DNA of 63,534 nucleotides, the filler included. It is 4 parts of 4 records of this genome, joined end to end, with 100 filler letters (N's around TTAATTAATTAA, not from the genome) between each part and the next. Parts side by side here need not be neighbours in the genome. Positions count along the whole stretch, not along the records: positions 54,804 to 63,534 come from SRR20825010_809; 3 more parts are not named here. One strand, 5' to 3'. Within the stretch, counting starts at the first letter, position 1; every line of letters begins with the position of its first letter. A program made the translations under genes and the position numbers. The notes under the pieces are model-generated. The model was given only the letters and a program-made list of their open reading frames with translations. It had not been told where the DNA came from and ran no database searches. Of this stretch, positions 57,488 through 63,534 are shown in pieces.

Positions 57488-59908
57488 ATGGCCAAGAAAA
57501 AGACTAAAACGAGTACTAAAACTTCCTCAAAAAAAATTCCATCTTTTAAGGTATCCAATCAACAAAAAATTATTTTTGGAAGCCTCTTGATGCTTTTAAG
57601 TGTGGCTTGCGTTATTGCATTTATCTCGTATTTTTCTACTTGGCAAGAAGATCAAAGTTTACTTAAAGAGTTTGGAAACCGACAAGCAGAGGCTAAAAAC
57701 TGGCTTAATAAATTTGGGGCTTCTGTAAGCCATTTATTTATTTATAAAGGTTTTGGAATTGCTGCATTTATATTTCCTATTTTACTTTTTCAAACAGGTC
57801 TTTATCTGTTTCTAAATTACAAACTTAAATTGCTGACCAATAGGTGGTTTTGGGGGATTATTGTAAGTACTTGGTTAGCTATATTTTTTGGATTCTTTTC
57901 TGAAAGTGCCCCTTTGCTTGGCGGTGTTGTTGGGTTTGAAATGAATGATTTCCTTCGTGCTTACATCGGGAAAATTGGAGTTGCATTATTATTGTTTTTT
58001 ATTTTTATAACCTATGCTGTTACTAGGCTTGGGGTAACTCCACAAAAGATAAAAGCTTTATTTTATACTACTCAAGAAGAGTTTAAAGCTGCTTTTAAAT
58101 CAAATAAAGTAAAGGCTGAAGGTAATGAACCTGAAACAGCAACTTCTTATACAGAAATTTCTTCCACTCAAGAACCTAAAACTGTTTCAAATTCCTCAGA
58201 ACCCGATACTACTTCTGATGTAGATATTGAAAATTCCTTCGAAATTAAACTAGCCGAAGAAGAGGAAGAGCTTGCTCCTCCAACATTAAAAACTCAAGCA
58301 CCTTCTTCAAATAATGAAAATGATGAACTTAAAATTGAAGTAGAAACAGTTGAAGAAGAGAAAGAAGAAATTGATAATCTTTCTGAAAAACTGGTTAAAG
58401 ATTTTGGGGAATTCGACCCGAAATTAGCTTTAAGCAATTATAAGTTCCCTACCCTAGAACTTTTAAACGACTATGGTTCTGGAAGTATCACTATTAATCA
58501 GGAAGAACTAGAGGAAAATAAAAATAAAATTGTAGACACTCTTAAAAACTACAAAATTGAAATTTCACAAATAAAAGCCACTATTGGTCCTACTGTAACA
58601 CTTTATGAAATTGTTCCAGCGGCGGGGGTGCGTATTTCAAAAATTAAGAATTTGGAGGACGACATTGCACTTTCTTTAGCGGCTTTAGGAATTAGAATCA
58701 TCGCTCCTATTCCTGGAAAAGGTACTATTGGTATTGAAGTTCCTAATAAAAATTCTACCATTGTTTCTATGCGTTCGGTAATAGCTTCCAAGAAATTCCA
58801 AGCTGCCGAAATGGAATTGCCTATTGCTTTTGGTAAAACCATTAGTAATGAAACTTTTGTTGTTGACCTTGCTAAAATGCCTCACTTATTGATGGCAGGA
58901 GCAACAGGACAAGGAAAATCTGTTGGATTAAATGCTATATTAACTTCATTATTATACAAAAAACATCCTGCGGAAGTAAAATTTGTATTGGTTGACCCTA
59001 AAAAAGTAGAGCTTACTCTGTTTAATAAAATAGAACGTCATTTTTTAGCCAAGCTTCCAGATAGTGAAGAAGCTATAATAACCGACAATACTAAAGTTAT
59101 AAATACTTTAAATTCGCTTTGTATAGAAATGGATAATCGCTATGAGATGTTGAAAAATGCCATGGTGAGAAACATAAAAGAATACAACACAAAATTTAAA
59201 GCTCGTAAGTTAAATCCAAATGACGGTCACCAATTCCTCCCATATATTGTATTGGTTATTGATGAGTTTGCCGATTTAATTATGACGGCTGGAAAAGAGG
59301 TAGAAACCCCTATTGCTCGTTTAGCTCAATTGGCTCGTGCTATTGGAATTCATTTAATTGTTGCTACTCAACGTCCTTCTGTAAACGTAATTACTGGTAT
59401 TATTAAAGCAAACTTCCCTGCGCGAGTAGCTTTTAGAGTGACTTCAAAAATTGACTCAAGAACAATTTTAGATTCTCCAGGAGCCGACCAATTAATTGGA
59501 CGTGGAGACATGCTTTATACACAAGGAAATGACCTTACCCGTTTGCAATGTGCCTTTGTAGATACACCAGAAGTAGATAAAATAACTGACTTTATTGGTG
59601 GACAACGTGCATATCCAGATGCTCATTTACTGCCAGAATATGTAGGAGAAGAGTCTGGCACAGGACTTGATATAGATATCTCAGAACGAGATGCTCTATT
59701 TAGAGAAGCAGCCGAAGTAATTGTTATTGCTCAACAAGGTTCTGCTTCCCTATTACAACGTAAATTAAAACTAGGTTATAATAGGGCTGGAAGAATTATA
59801 GATCAGCTAGAAGCCGCTGGTATTGTTGGACCTTTTGAAGGAAGTAAGGCTAGACAAGTACTTGTTCCAGATATGGTAGCACTCGATCAATTATTGAATA
59901 ACGAATAA
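57488..59908 (+). CDS. ftsK: DNA translocase FtsK
   Basis: N-terminal TMs, MPHLLMAGATGQGKS, VIDEFADL, ATQRPS, gamma domain LQRKLKLGYNRAGR. Confidence 0.97.
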   Translation: MAKKKTKTSTKTSSKKIPSFKVSNQQKIIFGSLLMLLSVACVIAFISYFSTWQEDQSLLKEFGNRQAEAKNWLNKFGASVSHLFIYKGFGIAAFIFPILLFQTGLYLFLNYKLKLLTNRWFWGIIVSTWLAIFFGFFSESAPLLGGVVGFEMNDFLRAYIGKIGVALLLFFIFITYAVTRLGVTPQKIKALFYTTQEEFKAAFKSNKVKAEGNEPETATSYTEISSTQEPKTVSNSSEPDTTSDVDIENSFEIKLAEEEEELAPPTLKTQAPSSNNENDELKIEVETVEEEKEEIDNLSEKLVKDFGEFDPKLALSNYKFPTLELLNDYGSGSITINQEELEENKNKIVDTLKNYKIEISQIKATIGPTVTLYEIVPAAGVRISKIKNLEDDIALSLAALGIRIIAPIPGKGTIGIEVPNKNSTIVSMRSVIASKKFQAAEMELPIAFGKTISNETFVVDLAKMPHLLMAGATGQGKSVGLNAILTSLLYKKHPAEVKFVLVDPKKVELTLFNKIERHFLAKLPDSEEAIITDNTKVINTLNSLCIEMDNRYEMLKNAMVRNIKEYNTKFKARKLNPNDGHQFLPYIVLVIDEFADLIMTAGKEVETPIARLAQLARAIGIHLIVATQRPSVNVITGIIKANFPARVAFRVTSKIDSRTILDSPGADQLIGRGDMLYTQGNDLTRLQCAFVDTPEVDKITDFIGGQRAYPDAHLLPEYVGEESGTGLDIDISERDALFREAAEVIVIAQQGSASLLQRKLKLGYNRAGRIIDQLEAAGIVGPFEGSKARQVLVPDMVALDQLLNNE

Positions 59909-59979
59909 ATTATTTTAACACAAAACATTCTATTCCTTTTCAATTTATAAATAGAATAGAAAAATAAGTATACAAAAAC

Positions 59980-60627
59980 ATGAAAAAAATATTCTTTTTT
60001 ATAGCAATAGCTCTAATATCATTTAATACAAATGCACAAAATGATGCAAAAGCAAAAAACCTTCTAGATGAAGTATATGCTAAAGTTAAAAGCTATGATA
60101 ATATATTTATCGAATTTAAATATGCTTTAGACAACACTGCAGAAAGTATTCACCAGGAAACAAAAGGAGATGTTACTATCCAAGGAGATAAGTATGTATT
60201 TAATTACTTAGGAGCTACCAAAATATTTGACGGAAGTAAAACATATACTATTATTCCTGAAAATGAAGAAGTAGTTATTGAAGCTAGTCAAGAAGAAGGA
60301 GAAGGCGCTATAACACCATCTAAAATGCTTACTTTTTACAGAGAAGGTTATAATTATAAATGGGATATTCTAAAAAACGTAAAAGGAAGAAACATTCAAT
60401 ATGTAGAATTAACGCCTATTGATAGCAATTCAGAAATAAAGCAAATCCTTTTAGGAATCGACGCGCAAACAAAGCATATCTATGATTTGATTGAAGTTGG
60501 CAGCAACGGTACCAAAACTACAATTACCGTAAATTCCTTCAAAACAAACGAACCAATTTCGAAGTCTTTATTTACTTTTAATAAAGCAAAATACGACGAA
60601 TTAGGGTATTACATCATAACAAACTAG
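59980..60627 (+). CDS. lolA: Outer-membrane lipoprotein carrier LolA family
   Basis: Signal peptide, FDGSKTY…ENEEV, downstream of ftsK. Confidence 0.85.
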   Translation: MKKIFFFIAIALISFNTNAQNDAKAKNLLDEVYAKVKSYDNIFIEFKYALDNTAESIHQETKGDVTIQGDKYVFNYLGATKIFDGSKTYTIIPENEEVVIEASQEEGEGAITPSKMLTFYREGYNYKWDILKNVKGRNIQYVELTPIDSNSEIKQILLGIDAQTKHIYDLIEVGSNGTKTTITVNSFKTNEPISKSLFTFNKAKYDELGYYIITN

Positions 60628-60631
60628 TACA

Positions 60632-62152
60632 TTGAAAATTTTAGACAGATACATTCTATCAAGGTTTTTATATAATTTCATCAGTTCGTTTGTGATTCTG
60701 ATGTTTATATTTATCTTTCAAGCAATATGGTTTTTCATAGATGAATTTGCAGGTAAAGATATCGACCTAATTATTGTAGGGAAATTTCTGTTTTACTACT
60801 CCCCTAACCTTGTTCCAAATGTTCTTCCGCTAACAGTGCTATTGGCATCTATTATGACCTTTGGTTCTTTAGCAGAAAACTATGAATTTGCGGCAATGAA
60901 AGCCTCTGGTATTTCTTTATATCGAGCCATGCGGGGACTTATTATTTTTATTACTTTTTTGAGTATCGGTACCTTCTTTTTTGCTAATAATGTTATTCCT
61001 GCTGCCGAATATAAATCGTATAACTTAAGAAGAAATATCGGACAAATGAAACCTGCAATGGCTATTACCGAAGGGGTATTTAGTAATGTAGGGGAAGATG
61101 TTAGCATGAAGGTTGAAAAGAAGCATGGAAATAACGACAACTTACTAGACAATGTAATTATTCATCAATTAGCAGATGGAGGACTTAATAATAAGGTTAT
61201 AAAATCTGTTGAAGGGGAATTAGTAAGTAGCGAAAATTCTAATATTCTTCAGCTTGTATTAAAAGATGGAAATTATTACGAAGATTTAAAGGCTGAAAGT
61301 AGAGATAAACGTGATAACTATCCGCATGCTAAAGCATATTTTGATCGCTATACCATGTTTATGGACTTATCAAAACTTAATGATGTTGATTTAGATAAAG
61401 GGGACATTAAAAACTCTTACAAAATGCTAAGAGTGAGCGAATTAGATTACGCTATTGATTCCATACATACTTCACATAAAAAAATATTTACCAACTTTGG
61501 GGAGAATATTTACAAAAGAACAGGCGCTGCAAATCTTTACATCAAAAGAAACACTAAAAAAGTGGCTCCAAAAAAAGATACTCCAGAAATAAAAGTAGAT
61601 AGTATTTCTAGTAATAATTTTAAAGTATTAGTTGATAAAAATACCGATAGTATTATTACCATTTTTGAAGACTACAGACAGAATCAATTGGTAGAAATGG
61701 CTTTGAATACCGTTAAAAATACGAAGACCACTTTAGAAGGGAAAAAATGGGATTTAAATAGAAGAACAAAGCTTTATAACCATTACAAACTTGCAATGCA
61801 TCAAAAATATGCGCTTGCATTTGCTTGTTTTATTCTGTTTTTTGTGGGTGCTCCTTTAGGTGCAATTATCAGAAAAGGTGGTTTAGGACTTCCAATGGTT
61901 CTTGCTATTGGATTGTTTTTGACTTATCATTTTATAGGAATTTTTGCTAAAAATTATTCAGAAGATGGAAGCATCCCTCCTCTTATTGGTGCTTGGGTTG
62001 CTACAGGAATTATGCTCCCACTAGGAATTTTCTTAACCCGACGGGCAACTGCCGATAAAGCAGTGTTTGATTCTGGTGGTATTGTTTCAAAAGTATCTAG
62101 TCTGTTTAGTTTTTTAAAGAAAAAGAAATCGGATTCTAAAACTAACCCATAA
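60632..62152 (+). CDS. LptF/LptG family permease
   Basis: KILDRYI, LPLTVLLASIMTFG…EFAAMKASGIS, GAPLGAIIRKGG. Confidence 0.9.
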   Translation: MKILDRYILSRFLYNFISSFVILMFIFIFQAIWFFIDEFAGKDIDLIIVGKFLFYYSPNLVPNVLPLTVLLASIMTFGSLAENYEFAAMKASGISLYRAMRGLIIFITFLSIGTFFFANNVIPAAEYKSYNLRRNIGQMKPAMAITEGVFSNVGEDVSMKVEKKHGNNDNLLDNVIIHQLADGGLNNKVIKSVEGELVSSENSNILQLVLKDGNYYEDLKAESRDKRDNYPHAKAYFDRYTMFMDLSKLNDVDLDKGDIKNSYKMLRVSELDYAIDSIHTSHKKIFTNFGENIYKRTGAANLYIKRNTKKVAPKKDTPEIKVDSISSNNFKVLVDKNTDSIITIFEDYRQNQLVEMALNTVKNTKTTLEGKKWDLNRRTKLYNHYKLAMHQKYALAFACFILFFVGAPLGAIIRKGGLGLPMVLAIGLFLTYHFIGIFAKNYSEDGSIPPLIGAWVATGIMLPLGIFLTRRATADKAVFDSGGIVSKVSSLFSFLKKKKSDSKTNP

Positions 62153-62332
62153 TAATGTAAAATAAACACCCTTGAGGAGTTTAAATAAAATAACTTAAAT
62201 TCAATTCGACTGAGAGTACTTCGGTAAACTCAGAACAGACTCTTAGGAATTAAACCCTCTATGAGAGGTTAATTTAGAAAAGCAAATTAATAATTCAATG
62301 CTTACCTAGCGAGTCAAAAGTGAAGAATTAAG

Positions 62333-62340
62333 TATCTTTG
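62333..62340 (+). promoter_or_regulatory. Bacteroidetes -7 promoter element upstream of ribBA
   Basis: TATCTTTG ending 13 nt before the ATG. Confidence 0.55.
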
Positions 62341-62353
62341 ATAAAAATTTGCA

Positions 62354-63505
62354 ATGAATACAGATACGCTAATGCCAACATCAGATATAAAATTAAATAC
62401 TATTGAAGAAGCAATTGCCGATATCCGCCAAGGAAAGGTTATTATTGTTGTTGATGATGAAAATAGAGAAAATGAAGGAGACTTTGTAGCGGCTGCAGAT
62501 AAAGTAACGCCAGAAATGATAAATTTTATGGCTACTTATGGGCGTGGTCTTATTTGTACCCCGCTTACTGAAAAACGTTGTAAAGAGTTAGATTTACACC
62601 CTATGGTTGGTAATAATACCGACCCTATGGAGACAGCATTTACAGTTTCTGTAGATTTACGAGGTTATGGCGTAACTACTGGTATTTCTGCTGGAGATAG
62701 AGCCAAAACAGTGAAAGCACTTATAAATCCTGAAACAAAATCTTACGAATTAGGAAGACCCGGACATATTTTCCCATTAGTAGCTAAAGAAGGTGGGGTT
62801 TTAAGACGTACAGGACATACGGAAGCAGCTATTGATTTTGCACGCTTAGCAGGACTCTCTCCTGCAGGTGTTATTGTAGAAATTATGAATGAAGATGGTT
62901 CTATGGCTAGACTTCCAGAACTATGCGAAGTTGCTAAAAACCTTGATATCAAAATTGTTACTATAGAAGATTTAGTTGCTTATAGAATGCAACATGATAG
63001 TTTGATTGAGAAAAAAGAAGATTTTGATATTGAAACAAGATTTGGTAAATTTAGACTTAGAGCCTACAAACAAACTACAAACGACCAAATCCATATAGCA
63101 CTTACCAAAGGTAATTGGAACAGTGAAGAACCTGTTTTAACACGTATTAACTCTACCTTAGTAAATAATGACATTTTAGGCACACTTACCAGCAATGCTG
63201 ACAAAAAGCTAGACGATATGTTTAAATTGTTAAATAAGGAAGAGAAAGGCGCTATTGTGTTTATTAATCAAGAGAGTCATTCGCTTAACTTACTCAATCG
63301 TTTATCAGAATTAAAAAAGCTTCAAGAAGAAGGAGAAATGAGAGCGCCAAAAGTAAATATGGATGCTAAAGATTTTGGAATTGGAGCACAAATACTACAC
63401 GATTTAGATATCTCAAAAATTAAATTAATGTCTAATTCCTCACAAACAAAAAGAGTAGGAATTATTGGTTACGGGCTTGAGATTGTGGAATATGCAAATT
63501 ATTAA
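62354..63505 (+). CDS. ribB: 3,4-dihydroxy-2-butanone-4-phosphate synthase fused to a degenerate GTP cyclohydrolase II domain
   Basis: DDENRENEGD, TTGISAGDRA, RPGHIFPL, GHTEA; C-terminal domain keeps FGIGAQIL but has no Cys. Confidence 0.92.
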   Translation: MNTDTLMPTSDIKLNTIEEAIADIRQGKVIIVVDDENRENEGDFVAAADKVTPEMINFMATYGRGLICTPLTEKRCKELDLHPMVGNNTDPMETAFTVSVDLRGYGVTTGISAGDRAKTVKALINPETKSYELGRPGHIFPLVAKEGGVLRRTGHTEAAIDFARLAGLSPAGVIVEIMNEDGSMARLPELCEVAKNLDIKIVTIEDLVAYRMQHDSLIEKKEDFDIETRFGKFRLRAYKQTTNDQIHIALTKGNWNSEEPVLTRINSTLVNNDILGTLTSNADKKLDDMFKLLNKEEKGAIVFINQESHSLNLLNRLSELKKLQEEGEMRAPKVNMDAKDFGIGAQILHDLDISKIKLMSNSSQTKRVGIIGYGLEIVEYANY

Positions 63506-63534
63506 TTTTTTTATTGTTGTCCGATAAAAGTTAA

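Noticed and set aside
62153-62353. Possible FMN riboswitch upstream of ribBA
   Set aside because: No RFN consensus visible, and the promoter element lies only 13 nt before the ATG, leaving no room for a leader.
1-63534. CRISPR arrays, transposases, integrases, prophage genes, rRNA
   Set aside because: None recognisable in the sequence or ORF track; the remaining short antisense ORFs are shadows of the called genes.

Overview
The window is four unrelated Flavobacteriaceae-type contigs (1-10465, 10566-24718, 24819-54703, 54804-63534). They are joined by artificial 100-nt N spacers carrying TTAATTAATTAA, so adjacency across spacers is not biological. Contig 2 looks GC-richer than the others and is probably from a different organism. 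Most content is housekeeping or envelope genes: the moxR-DUF58-batA/batB/batC operon, rbfA, dusB, lepA, tamB, lptD, amidase, mlaD, bshA, aroC, mutS2, ung, ahpC/trx/tpx, ftsK, lolA, lptF/G and ribBA. The stand-out candidate for an undescribed system is at 14145-16586. It comprises a divergent Lgt paralog overlapping a radical SAM enzyme with the architecture of archaeal tetraether synthase (Tes/GDGT-MAS, MJ0619 family), followed by a 72-aa membrane peptide whose C-terminal half mimics a lipoprotein signal peptide ending in a single Cys (…ISLGV-CGALIGGF). This may be a lipidation plus lipid-tail radical-modification pathway acting on a ribosomal peptide (inference). Other observations are a tandem degenerate tRNA 5' half with an 18-bp palindrome in its D-loop, an unannotated 35-aa lipoprotein-like ORF with an ECF-type promoter, and heptamer repeat arrays around the DUF58 gene.
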